Source of the DNA: Planctomycetota bacterium
Lineage (GTDB): Bacteria; Planctomycetota; Planctomycetia; Pirellulales; UBA1268
Direction of reading: 5' to 3'
NCBI GenBank assembly: GCA_014238855.1
Contig: JABAAH010000001.1
Coordinates: 49,886-113,885, forward strand
Length of the DNA: 64,000 bases
Part shown: piece by piece, positions 50,830-60,858 of the stretch
Numbering within the stretch: the first letter of the stretch is position 1
Layout: every line of letters begins with the position of its first letter
Translations under genes and position numbers: made by a program
The notes under the pieces: model-generated
What the model was told of the DNA's origin: nothing
What the model saw: only the letters and a program-made list of their open reading frames with translations
Database searches by the model: none

Positions 50830-53097
50830 TTAGTCTGCACTCAGACCAATTTTAAAGAGCCGATACATTGGCAGGTGACGGTATGGCACTTGGAGTGTTA
50901 GCATCGCCAAACTCGTCACGTATATCCTCCCACCCGTATTTCCATGAGGAACTCCGTCAATTCTCCAACTCCCTTTATAATCCCCACTTTTTTCCTGAGT
51001 TCGAACAAGATGCTCTCGCATACGATGATTCCAGAGATCAAAATTATTCCCTTCAAGATGATGCAGAACCTGTGTCGCATAATAATAGAAATACATGTCA
51101 CCTAAACTTGCACCTTGTTCTGGGGGCTGATTTTCCATCAAGTACTTACTGCCGGCTACGAGATCTTGCTCATCTTTTTTCCATCCAAGATACTGCTGGG
51201 TTAGCAAGCCAGCGGCTGTCATGCTGAGCTTCTCAGCACTCTCAGCAGCACCGGGCTGATAACAGTACCGGGATAACAGCAGACCCTCTGGACCAACACC
51301 ACACGAATCAACAAAACGCCGAGCGCGTTGAAGCGAGTCAGGAAGCACACTGATTCCTGTTAGCTGGGCACTGCGTATTGCTAGAAACACCCACCCAGTC
51401 GCAGAAAGATCACCCGGCTGGTTTGGCGAATAACGCCAACCCCCTCCAGCCTGGTGCTGTGCATTGAGAAGATATTTCAGGGCCAACTGTGCGTGCCCGC
51501 GAAGACGGTCATCACCCGATAATCCATATGCCTCACAAAGTGCAATTGTTGCCAGGGCATGAGCATACGTTCCACCATCGAGACGGCCGTCGTTAATGTC
51601 GTTACTACGCTGCTGACTGAGGGCAAGGAAAATTAATCCACGCTCAACAACTTGTTGATATTGTTCAAGTTCTTCTTGCCCCTGGGGCACACGGCTGTGT
51701 GCGATACCTTCGCTAAGAAAAGGAAGTAACGCGAGCGCCGTGGCACCGATTGGATTGGGGCTCGGCCCCTTTTCAACTTCACTATCTCCAGCTTCTTCGA
51801 GAGATCCATCCAACGCCCATGACCCATCACTACGCTGACAGCTTGCTAACCAGCCAAGGCCTTCGCGTATTGATTCCAAGGACTCGGGAGTAGCGCCGTA
51901 GAAATCAATGAGCGCCTGCTTACTCGCCAGTGTAAGACGCCCACCAATTGACCCTTTTCTCCGCAGAGGGGCGGCGTCAGACGGGTCTATGAAAATCTTT
52001 TTAATTGCGGAGACATTAATGATTCCGGCAGGCAACTTCTCCTCATCTTCAGCCAAAACTCGAACCACCATGAAGTTTGATGTCTGCAGATCACCACCAG
52101 ACGCCACAATCAAACTTGAACGCACTTGTGGGCGAGCAGTTGGAGATACAGAGAGCGTTACTGAAACTTCCTGATCATCTGCCACCACAGGGCTCACTAC
52201 AGCGTCGACCCCATCGGGGAGATTCTTTATTTCAACTTCCAATGGCCCTTTGTATTTTTGTCGTTGAAGAGGCAGTTGTATCACCTCAGTGGCTTTCTGC
52301 TTTAAATCAACAACCCGAAACGACTCTACCCGAAACGGATAGCGAGAAATCTCAACAGGGATTCTCCCTATCACTTTCCGTCCGTACACGGTCGTGGCCA
52401 CTTCGAGATTCACAGGGCCATCTGTTGCCGCAGTATCCGCTGACACAACTATCGTGATGTCATCATGATTTTTCTCTTCAGCCGATGGTTTTAATTTGGT
52501 TGCAAGCGAAGGCGATCCGCCAGTAATTACCAGGGGGAGCTTTCCTGCAAAACCATTCCGCTTAATCGGCAGTGATATCGTTCTACTCGAATCCGGCTGA
52601 AGCAAAACCGTCTGAACACTACCAAACTCAGGCCGGGCAACCTTGTCTACAACGACATGGAATGCCCGCAAGGCAGTCATTTCTTTTAACTTAGCATTCA
52701 CGGTAACGGATGCTTTCATCCCTTTGTCACCGAGACTCGGCAAGGCCTGTAAAACGGCTCTACCCGCCGAAGACCCTTTTTTTATTTCAAGCTGTTCAGG
52801 GTTCACCTTGAACCCATCAGGGAGACCATCAAAAGAAATCGTAACGCTTCCTTCATGACCATTCCTGACCACTTGCACCGTAAACTCGCGCGTTGCATTT
52901 GGCAGTAACGCCACATCAGCAATCTCAGTAACTTCAATTCCTTTTAGCAACTCAACGGGTTCCGGAATAGAAACAACCGGTGGCGGCGGTGGGGGTGGTT
53001 TGCTACATCCGACCATAGCAACGCAGAGTGCGATAAGCACTCTGCCACCACAGTTGAAAATCTTTTTGTGCCAGATATCACAGTATTGTCGCAACAT
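50830..53097 (-). CDS. Lipoprotein with C-terminal prenyltransferase/squalene-oxidase-like (alpha/alpha toroid) repeats
   Basis: Lipobox ALCVAMVGCSKPPPPPPP, an Ig-like repetitive middle, and C-terminal repeats (QRSDGSWALDG; GGGWRYSPNQPGDLSATGWVFLAIRSAQLTG; EKSGDYKGSW). Confidence 0.75.
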   Translation of the reverse strand: MLRQYCDIWHKKIFNCGGRVLIALCVAMVGCSKPPPPPPPVVSIPEPVELLKGIEVTEIADVALLPNATREFTVQVVRNGHEGSVTISFDGLPDGFKVNPEQLEIKKGSSAGRAVLQALPSLGDKGMKASVTVNAKLKEMTALRAFHVVVDKVARPEFGSVQTVLLQPDSSRTISLPIKRNGFAGKLPLVITGGSPSLATKLKPSAEEKNHDDITIVVSADTAATDGPVNLEVATTVYGRKVIGRIPVEISRYPFRVESFRVVDLKQKATEVIQLPLQRQKYKGPLEVEIKNLPDGVDAVVSPVVADDQEVSVTLSVSPTARPQVRSSLIVASGGDLQTSNFMVVRVLAEDEEKLPAGIINVSAIKKIFIDPSDAAPLRRKGSIGGRLTLASKQALIDFYGATPESLESIREGLGWLASCQRSDGSWALDGSLEEAGDSEVEKGPSPNPIGATALALLPFLSEGIAHSRVPQGQEELEQYQQVVERGLIFLALSQQRSNDINDGRLDGGTYAHALATIALCEAYGLSGDDRLRGHAQLALKYLLNAQHQAGGGWRYSPNQPGDLSATGWVFLAIRSAQLTGISVLPDSLQRARRFVDSCGVGPEGLLLSRYCYQPGAAESAEKLSMTAAGLLTQQYLGWKKDEQDLVAGSKYLMENQPPEQGASLGDMYFYYYATQVLHHLEGNNFDLWNHRMREHLVRTQEKSGDYKGSWRIDGVPHGNTGGRIYVTSLAMLTLQVPYRHLPMYRLFKIGLSAD

Positions 53098-53251
53098 TGA
53101 AGCCCCCCGAGATAGCTGCTGCGGCTATTTCCGCTAGCATGCCAACGCTTGTCAAGCAAGATTTTCAAACTAAGTATATACGCTGACAAGATCTCGCTAC
53201 AAACCACGTTCCATATGTCGGATCATGGGCCGCAGGCAGGTACAAACAAAT

Positions 53252-54937
53252 TCATATTTTATATTGTTCACGCTGCAAATCAGGCTTCACACCCTCTGGA
53301 GTAACATCACTTTCAATGTCAAACCATTCTTCCTTAAAGTCAACGCGAGGCTGTTCGCCTGATTTTTTTAGTGCGAGATTGCTCACGAGGGCAATTACTG
53401 CGTCAGCAAGTGCTACTTCTGGCTTGCATCGCGGCTGGTTTGCCGGATCAGGATTTCGGATACACCACGCCCAGTGCTCCATTTCTTCTGTATAGCCTCG
53501 AGAAGGCGGGGCCTTCCCTGACGCCGTTGTTGCGACGGCGGCTATGCTTCCACCACCGCCACTTTCTGTTGTATCCAGCACGGCTTCGCCACTCTTCGAC
53601 TTCGATACTGTCACGCGAGTGTCACGAGACGACCCCTTGTACAGCATCACATTCTGCTCTTGTTCAAGAAGCAAAGTGCCCGCTGTCCCCATAACGACTT
53701 CACCATACCCACCAAAACCATTTCCGTTTATTGATGAATACGTAACGACTATTTTCTTATTTGGATTCTCTACATAATCTGGCGCTGGATATTCATACAT
53801 GCAGTACACATGATCATCAACCTCACGGTCGTCTGGGAAGATACTACGATTCCCTACAGCCGTTACAGTCAATGGCTTTACTTTCTTCCCTTTCCCGTGC
53901 ATCGCGGAAATGAAAATACCCGCTGCATCGAGTTGATGGCTGCCAAGTTCTGCCATCAGCCCGCCACCGGTACGATTACAGAGCCGCCAACGAATCAACT
54001 CCTCAAGAGGTGTGCGGGGAGTGCCATCAGGCAACTGTTTCTCGGTATAGCCGAATAGCTCGGCGTCGACACCACTGTCAGCGATCTGAGCTTCTAGTTG
54101 TGCTACCCGCTTTGACCACACGTCTACTTCGGACGGCTTCGAATCTTCCAGCCTTTTTCTCCAACTCGCCATTTTTTTAAGAAGCGCCTCATCCGCAGGC
54201 AATGGTGGCTTCCAGCTGTCTTTCCCAGGTAAATTTCCACGGTGCCATTGAGCTCGAATCGAATGCACATCACCGATGAGGCGAGCATCGCCAATCGTAT
54301 GAACAGCGTTGTCATATAGCACGCTGTAATGTCGCTGATGGCCCGTAGCTAGAAGCTTCCCTGTCTCACGAGCTGTCCTGCCCATTTCCTTGCATTCATA
54401 GATCGAATGCCCCATGAGTTTTTCCGTCAACACATGCTTGCCTGCTCGCATAGCTTTTATTGCCGCCTCAGCATGCAAATGCAGTGGTAATGAAATGACA
54501 ACAGCCTCAATATTTTTATCAGCCAGCATTTCTTCATACGCAGCGTAAACCTTGACCTGTTTGCGGGCCTCATCTTCAGTTTTCCAACCGTATTTCGCCA
54601 TCAACCCCGGCCGCACCCGCTGTGCATTTGGGCTTGAAACATCACCATGAAATGCACGGAACACGTTGTACGGTCGTATGTCTGCAATCGCGACAGCTTG
54701 AAGATATTCCGGATTGTGTGCGCCTATCAGCACACTTCCTTCATCACCCGTGCCAATAAAACCAACCCTCAGTGGATTGCCGACACTCGCACCATACCCA
54801 AAGTAGATTGATCCTAAACCGGCTCCCGTTGCCAAACCTGCAGCAACCGTACCTGACAGAAAATCACGTCGCGTCACGGCAACGGCGTCATTAAAATTCT
54901 CTTTACCAACTTTTTGCTGTTCTGGAGTGAGGTTCAT
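53252..54937 (-). CDS. Gfo/Idh/MocA-family oxidoreductase with twin-arginine signal
   Basis: TAT motif TRRDFLSGTVAAGLATGAGLG. Rossmann N-terminus VGFIGTGDEG plus the Gfo/Idh/MocA EKLM motif region. Confidence 0.85.
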   Translation of the reverse strand: MNLTPEQQKVGKENFNDAVAVTRRDFLSGTVAAGLATGAGLGSIYFGYGASVGNPLRVGFIGTGDEGSVLIGAHNPEYLQAVAIADIRPYNVFRAFHGDVSSPNAQRVRPGLMAKYGWKTEDEARKQVKVYAAYEEMLADKNIEAVVISLPLHLHAEAAIKAMRAGKHVLTEKLMGHSIYECKEMGRTARETGKLLATGHQRHYSVLYDNAVHTIGDARLIGDVHSIRAQWHRGNLPGKDSWKPPLPADEALLKKMASWRKRLEDSKPSEVDVWSKRVAQLEAQIADSGVDAELFGYTEKQLPDGTPRTPLEELIRWRLCNRTGGGLMAELGSHQLDAAGIFISAMHGKGKKVKPLTVTAVGNRSIFPDDREVDDHVYCMYEYPAPDYVENPNKKIVVTYSSINGNGFGGYGEVVMGTAGTLLLEQEQNVMLYKGSSRDTRVTVSKSKSGEAVLDTTESGGGGSIAAVATTASGKAPPSRGYTEEMEHWAWCIRNPDPANQPRCKPEVALADAVIALVSNLALKKSGEQPRVDFKEEWFDIESDVTPEGVKPDLQREQYKI

Positions 54938-55010
54938 AAAAAAATTTTCTCCGCTTCACTGACGTTGTAGTAATAACTCTGTGGATCAATTCACAAAAAC
55001 AAGCACATCT

Positions 55011-56009
55011 TCATTTCTTGGAACTGCAACAGGCCTTCAATGGACAAAACTTCTTAAGTATAGGCACGAGGAACGCATCAATACCTGCCCATGCACCGAG
55101 TGGTACAGAAGCCAACACAAGAAGCCCTGCTATTTCGACCCATTGATCATAAGTCACCTGCGCTGCTGGCAGCCAAAAAGGCTGCGAAGCTACAACCGAA
55201 AGTAGGAAAAAGACACCACCAATGGCATTGAACTTTGTGAAAACTCCAATAACAAGGCAGGCACCGATAGTTGTAAGAGACCAACTTACAAAACGGTCTG
55301 CTCTCCATAGACGTGTTGGCTCAACTGCCGTGTCAGTGATTCGTCTTTCTTCAGCGGATAGAGGTTCATTCCAAGCTGACACAAGCTCTCTGCCAACGGC
55401 ATTCGCTTCCTCCATCCATCCATTCTTTTGCCCTGTTAGCTCTCGCTCTTTATCAGCGATTCGATCTCGCATAAAAGGAACATCTCGTGCCATTGCCAAT
55501 TTTTCAGTTGTTTTGAGTCGGATAACCTGCCTGCAATAATCAAGAAGACCCTCATTCGAATAATCAAGCATTGAGGCAAGTTTTTTGTCAGCAGCACGAA
55601 GTGCTGCTGAACTCATTTCAGGCCAGCCTGCTGGAGCCGCCCACCCAGACCTACTGAGGACAGTTTCACGTCGTTCGCCCAACATTTTCCACTCTTCAAT
55701 AATAGACGATCGCCAGTCATCTGCTGCATCAGCCACATCCGCAGCATCCGCACTGCGGACGCTACCCAATGTTCCTTTCCAATCTCCAGTTTCAGGGAGA
55801 TCGGTCTTCAGGAACGAGGCGAGCGGCCCAACAGCCGACTTCCGAAACCCAGCACTCGACCACGAGGGATCTCTTAAATGACTCGAGCCCTCAAGAAAAA
55901 AATGAAGACCTATGACAATTCGTAAAAAAGTAAGTGCGGCAGTCAGAACCACCGCCGTTCGCGTACAACTCATGCTACATGTGCGTCCAGAGAAAAAGAT
56001 GCGTACCAA
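55011..56009 (-). CDS. DoxX-like integral membrane protein with large soluble insert
   Basis: The N-terminal LTFLRIVIGLHFFLEGSSHL and C-terminal hydrophobic helices resemble DoxX. It lies directly next to the Gfo/Idh/MocA gene. Confidence 0.5.
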   Translation of the reverse strand: MVRIFFSGRTCSMSCTRTAVVLTAALTFLRIVIGLHFFLEGSSHLRDPSWSSAGFRKSAVGPLASFLKTDLPETGDWKGTLGSVRSADAADVADAADDWRSSIIEEWKMLGERRETVLSRSGWAAPAGWPEMSSAALRAADKKLASMLDYSNEGLLDYCRQVIRLKTTEKLAMARDVPFMRDRIADKERELTGQKNGWMEEANAVGRELVSAWNEPLSAEERRITDTAVEPTRLWRADRFVSWSLTTIGACLVIGVFTKFNAIGGVFFLLSVVASQPFWLPAAQVTYDQWVEIAGLLVLASVPLGAWAGIDAFLVPILKKFCPLKACCSSKK

Positions 56010-56209
56010 ACATATGTCATTGAATAGAAGTATATGGCTGCGCAGCTAAAAACAACATATTTAACCGCGAATAATCATTCTTCAGGTATCTCATTATTTT
56101 GCAACAAGCACATCGACTCCAACCTGCAATTTTGTTTGCGCTTCCAATAATCAGGGCAAATACACAATAATAATGTCCCTGAGTGGTTTCTGGAATTCCG
56201 CAGCACCAC

Positions 56210-56251
56210 GTGGACAGACACCCACCCACAGTGGATAGACACCCACCCACA
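56210..56251 (+). repeat. Tandem 21-bp direct repeat (2 copies, 1 mismatch)
   Basis: GTGGACAGACACCCACCCACA is followed by GTGGATAGACACCCACCCACA. The repeat ends 23 nt before the TTG start at 56274 and 44 nt before the GTG at 56295. Confidence 0.85.
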
Positions 56252-56273
56252 ACAAACCCCTTCCCAATTATCT

Positions 56274-57257
56274 TTGTGCCACGAGAAATTTTACGTGCGA
56301 ATCGTTCTCTGCTATCCAGTCGAATCTCAACATATTAAACAGATACAGAAGGCGTATCCTGAGGCAATTGTCGTTCCTGCTGGCCAAGAGCGCATTGCTG
56401 AGGAGCTGCCAAATGCTGATATTTTTTGTGGTCATGCCAAAGTACCGGTACCGTGGGAAGCGACTGTGCAGGCGCAACGCTTACGTTGGATTCAGTCTTC
56501 AGCAGCAGGGCTCGATCACTGCCTCGTTCCAAGTGTCGTTGAATCCGAGATTGTGGTTTCGAGTGCATCGGGTGTTCTTGCCGATCAAGTTGCAGAACAT
56601 TCGCTCGCCTTAGCGACAGGCTGTAGTCGCAGAATCCCCCTATTCATTCAGCAGTACCAACAAAAGGAATTTATCCGCAGGCCCACACGTGACCTCACTG
56701 AGTCAACAGTTCTTATTGTTGGCCTGGGAGGCAACGGGCAACGGCTCGCCGAAGTCCTACAACCACTGAAAACTCGTATCCTCGCAACGGATTACTTTCC
56801 TAACAGACCAGCACCACTCGTAGACCACCTCGAGGGACCGGAGGAGCTCTACAACCTACTCCCAAAAGCTGACTTTATTTTCCTTACCGCGCCACTCACA
56901 AACCAGACACGAAACATGATTGATGCATCGGCTCTTTCAGCCATGAAGCCTGGTGCTGTACTAATTAACGTCGCACGAGGAGGCCTTGTCGTTGAGCGGG
57001 CAGTTGTTGATGCACTTGAATCTGGTCATCTTGACTCTGCTGGATTTGATGTCACCCCAGAGGAGCCTCCGGCGACGGATAGCCCACTTTGGACTGCGCC
57101 TCGCCTTCTCGTTACGCCACACGTTGGTGGACAATCAAAAAAAAGAATAGACCGAATGACTGATCTATTCTGTGAAAACATCATACGATATAGAGAGGGA
57201 CGGCCTCTCATCAATGTGGTTGATAAAAAACTGGGATTTCCAAACCCTGTTTCTTAG
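56274..57257 (+). CDS. D-isomer-specific 2-hydroxyacid dehydrogenase family protein
   Basis: NAD-binding VGLGGNGQRLAE, plus NVARGGLV and TPHVGG motifs. The true start is possibly GTG 56295 (VRIVLCYP...). Confidence 0.85.
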   Translation: MCHEKFYVRIVLCYPVESQHIKQIQKAYPEAIVVPAGQERIAEELPNADIFCGHAKVPVPWEATVQAQRLRWIQSSAAGLDHCLVPSVVESEIVVSSASGVLADQVAEHSLALATGCSRRIPLFIQQYQQKEFIRRPTRDLTESTVLIVGLGGNGQRLAEVLQPLKTRILATDYFPNRPAPLVDHLEGPEELYNLLPKADFIFLTAPLTNQTRNMIDASALSAMKPGAVLINVARGGLVVERAVVDALESGHLDSAGFDVTPEEPPATDSPLWTAPRLLVTPHVGGQSKKRIDRMTDLFCENIIRYREGRPLINVVDKKLGFPNPVS

Positions 57258-57357
57258 CTGCAAGGGCTTCCCGGCCTCACGAAATACTGTATTTAATACG
57301 AGCAAAAAGTAACTCGCCTCACACAACAAACCACTTCAATCTGAAAGTTGTCATTAC

Positions 57358-58470
57358 ATGTCAACAACGATTTTTCAAGACGGCCAGCCGACATTGCCAG
57401 CAGCAGGTGTTGGGGGAGGGCGTTGCCCTGATGAACTTCTTGCTCGGTATGGTGAGGTTCTTGATGGAGGAAGGCTCAATTGGACTCAGTACCATAAACT
57501 TGGTCGCCGCCTTGGATCAGGAGGGCAGGGCGTTGTCTTCCTGACTACACGGAGAGGAACTGATGGATTTACACTACCGGTTGCTCTCAAGATTTTTTCT
57601 CCAGAGCGATACGAATCGGAGGCCAAATATAGCGCAGCTATGGAAGGCATTGCTCAGGTTTCTGCACAAGTCGCTCAAATCCAACAAGACAACCTGCTCG
57701 ACGTACAAAACTTTGTTGAACAACGGCAAATCAGAATCATGGAAATGGAATGGATCGACGGATATGACCTATCCCGACTCCTTGCACCAGATCTACTTGA
57801 AAAGACAAGAGAACGCGTCACGGCCTCACGGTGGGAATATCTGAACAATGTCATCGTGACCCCTGGATCTCGGCAATCTCGCCTCAAACCTGGAGTCGCA
57901 ATCGCAATAGTACGCGAATGCTTGGCAGCTCTGGCTGCGCTTCACAGAGTGAATATTCTCCACGGTGATATTAAAAGTTCAAACATTATGGTGAAGCGTA
58001 CCGGCAACGCAAAAATTATCGACATCGGCTCTGCAGTGACTTTGGCAACTGCGCCAGCTCAGAGAACGTGTACGCCCGCTTATGCTGCACCTGAGGTCTT
58101 AGAGGGCCGCGATCATTCGCCCAGGTCTGATCTTGCAAGCCTCGGTTACGTGCTAGTTGAAATGTTAAGTGGCCAACCTCCATTTGCTGGCCTCACCTCA
58201 TTTCACGATTTACTGGAAGCGAAACGTTCGCTCGCTCACAGGCTGCCCCAAATTCTCCCGGGCGAAGTCAGCTGCAACGAACTCCTCATGAACTTCTGCA
58301 GCGGATTGGTTGCAGCAGACCCAGACCAACGTTTTCCGAGTGCGGAAGACGCCGACTTGGAAAAGGAAGGGGCCGCAAGCTTCCATCGCCAACTCATTGT
58401 TGGTGGCCTCGCCAGTGAATACGAGAATGAAATTCGCGCCTGGCTTCAGGATATGACTGGGATTATATAG
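57358..58470 (+). CDS. Hanks-type serine/threonine protein kinase (cytoplasmic, no extra domains)
   Basis: GSGGQGVVF glycine loop, VALKIF, catalytic loop HGDIKSSNIMV, DIGSA (a DFG variant) and PAYAAPE. Confidence 0.9.
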   Translation: MSTTIFQDGQPTLPAAGVGGGRCPDELLARYGEVLDGGRLNWTQYHKLGRRLGSGGQGVVFLTTRRGTDGFTLPVALKIFSPERYESEAKYSAAMEGIAQVSAQVAQIQQDNLLDVQNFVEQRQIRIMEMEWIDGYDLSRLLAPDLLEKTRERVTASRWEYLNNVIVTPGSRQSRLKPGVAIAIVRECLAALAALHRVNILHGDIKSSNIMVKRTGNAKIIDIGSAVTLATAPAQRTCTPAYAAPEVLEGRDHSPRSDLASLGYVLVEMLSGQPPFAGLTSFHDLLEAKRSLAHRLPQILPGEVSCNELLMNFCSGLVAADPDQRFPSAEDADLEKEGAASFHRQLIVGGLASEYENEIRAWLQDMTGII

Positions 58471-58735
58471 CCGAGAAAAGATAGGCTTGCTCAATCATAG
58501 AAGCACTTAGGCCAGCGTCTTAGCCAGTTCGTTCATCCATCAACCAGTCCCTAATCCATCAATGAGGGTTCGGGCAAACCGCTGTAAACTTTTTGGCTCT
58601 TGGCTCAGTGACGGATACAAGCATCTCGTGACTCAAACTCTTTTTCTCGTTTCAGGATGAGCGAAACCTTTGTTCTATGAAAAAAATAAAGCCTGTCGAA
58701 AAATGTGAATACTATTACGTTTTCACTCGCAACAC

Positions 58736-59569
58736 TTATTCGTCAGTCTTACAGCGATGATATAGATAACTTATGAACTTATTTGTCAGTCCTGGTGCGC
58801 AACGCTTTAAAAACCAGAGCATCCGTGCCTGTCGCCCAAGTACAACATAGTGCTGACCACGAAAAGCCGCTGCCAACACGTATCGGGCTACTGACTCCGA
58901 CGTCCATACTGTTTTTGACATACGACGATCTGCCTCGCGACGCTCCATGTCTTGGGTGAAGTGCCACGAATCAAGAAGCCCAGACCGGAAAAAACCGGGG
59001 CATGCAACGGTGACGCTCGGTTGTCCTTGGGACTCGGCTGCGATGGCATCTGACAAGGCAATAATTCCTGCCTTACTAGCCGAATAGGCAGCCATTGAGG
59101 GTGGTGAAAGAAGACCTGTAATAGAAGCAATGTTTAATAATCGTGCTGGTTCCTCCTGGCTTCGCAGGCGCGGCAGAAATGTCTCGCAACCAATGGCTGT
59201 GCCAAGGAGATTTGTTTCAAGCACTCGTTGCCACTGGTGGATTGGCAATTGTCCGACCTCACCTGTTGCACCAACACCCGCAGCGTTGACAAGAAGATCT
59301 ATAGTGGGCCATTGTTTTTGAAGTTGATCAGACAGTCGACGCCAGGAATCGACATCCCGAACGTCAAAGTGGCTTGGCAGATGCTTCCCACCACAGGAGA
59401 GAATTTTATGATCGAGATCGCTCCATACCTGATCGCTCGTGTCTTTCGAATCGACAGTTGCAATCTCCCAACCGTGCCTTGCCAATTCCTGGGTAATCGC
59501 CTTGCCCAGACCACTGACCGCACCCGTAACAATTGCTCGGCCAGTGGAGGGAATAGGCATATAGAGCAA
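58736..59569 (-). CDS. Short-chain dehydrogenase/reductase (SDR)
   Basis: TGAVSGLGKAI cofactor motif, NAAG and the YSASKAG catalytic motif. Confidence 0.9.
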   Translation of the reverse strand: MLYMPIPSTGRAIVTGAVSGLGKAITQELARHGWEIATVDSKDTSDQVWSDLDHKILSCGGKHLPSHFDVRDVDSWRRLSDQLQKQWPTIDLLVNAAGVGATGEVGQLPIHQWQRVLETNLLGTAIGCETFLPRLRSQEEPARLLNIASITGLLSPPSMAAYSASKAGIIALSDAIAAESQGQPSVTVACPGFFRSGLLDSWHFTQDMERREADRRMSKTVWTSESVARYVLAAAFRGQHYVVLGRQARMLWFLKRCAPGLTNKFISYLYHRCKTDE

Positions 59570-60497
59570 CCGGAATCAAGACAACAAGGATATCTGTGAC
59601 GTTCGTTAACAGACGCGGGTGATGGAACTCACCCGTGACCTTAAGTATGACAAACACACACCGAAAAATGAAAACATGTTGTTCCCGTAGGAGAACGTCA
59701 TCAATCAAGAATATTGTATTTACGTTATTCGCAAAAGTAGTGTTTTTCAACTATTCAGCGTATTATGAATACCAGAGCTTTTCCCGTATTCCCCATACTT
59801 GGCGTCCAGGAAAAGACAAGACTAAACCTTACCACCAGCCGCAGCGACAACCACTAACTAATCAACGTCCACCCCCGCCACTACAGGATCAAAACCCTCA
59901 GGAAGGATTGCTGCGTTGGCTTAGTAATCATGTATTGCTTTCGCAATTGATGTATTGATAATGATCGACTCCCCCAGCAATTGAAACCGAGCCCGCCCGG
60001 TTTGCTCTTACTTGTCAGCCACAACGCTACCGCGTTCGGAATCCAGTACAAAACATCGTAGGCCTCGTCTTCCAAGTGAGATATTTCTCCAGCCGTCGGC
60101 GAGAGAAGCGTCGGACTCAGGACGCGTACGAACGATTTAGTAATTGACTCATCGCAGCATTGGCAACATCGCTACACCCTTATGTGACGATGATTCGCGC
60201 AACTCAGGTCGCAAAAATTCCCGAATCGCTTGCAGCCTCGTGTACAAATTGCCCACCATACGACCCACTACAAATTTTCAATCCCAAATTCCATGAACTG
60301 CCCATCGGTGAATTATGGCACCATGCGGGCGGTTACCATTTAAAATCCACGATGCAAAGTGCTTGCGGAAACGTAATCGTTCCATACGCTCATAGAACTT
60401 TGATGATGAAGATTGACTCGATGAGGACGTCGATGCCGTACTCCTGGTACGTGAAGAGTGAGCTCAATGCAGTGACGTTTTACATTCTTTACGAAAT

Positions 60498-60851
60498 TCA
60501 TGAAAATGAAAATTCTGCTTGCCTTACGGGAACCGGTGAGACTTCGACCTCGATGCGAGAATGTCGGGATTTTACAAAACGATACCCGACCGACGTAATC
60601 TGCCAGCCTTCTCGCACAACGACTCCTGTGATTGCTGCACGTATCGTTTGAGCGGTACGAACACTCGAATTCGTTTTGCCATAACAAGTAACGTCGACGT
60701 GAACAATCTCACCCGTACGAACCACACCAGCATCAAGGAACGCATCACGTATCGCTTTTTGGTATACGGCTGCAGGATGCTTTTCGTGCACCAATTTCTT
60801 AGTCGGAAATAACACGACCGGCCCATCGAGGATAATTGAGAGAGGAAACAT
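60498..60851 (-). CDS. Hypothetical protein in decayed element
   Basis: 117-aa ORF from ATG 60851, starting 8 nt after the integrase-frame stop. It looks protein-like (..YQKAIRDAFLDAGVVRTGEIVHVDV..SRIEVEVSPV), but it overlaps ORFs on the other strand. No family is assigned. Confidence 0.35.
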   Translation of the reverse strand: MFPLSIILDGPVVLFPTKKLVHEKHPAAVYQKAIRDAFLDAGVVRTGEIVHVDVTCYGKTNSSVRTAQTIRAAITGVVVREGWQITSVGYRFVKSRHSRIEVEVSPVPVRQAEFSFS

Positions 60852-60858
60852 ACGAGTA

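Noticed and set aside
60536-60552. GTGAGACTTCGACCTCG resembling the tRNA-Asp T-arm/acceptor (GTGACGAGACTCGAACTCG) as an att remnant
   Set aside because: The match is short, needs indels, and lies inside the only possibly intact ORF of the remnant. It cannot be separated from chance without proper alignment statistics. The 60099-60128 match is equally weak and is flagged only as tentative.
60498-60851. RusA-like Holliday junction resolvase call for the 117-aa ORF (..KAIRDAFLDAGVV.. / ..RIEVEVSPV..)
   Set aside because: The resemblance is not collinear with RusA (the motif lies too close to the N-terminus) and the catalytic Asp residues are missing. The ORF is left as hypothetical.
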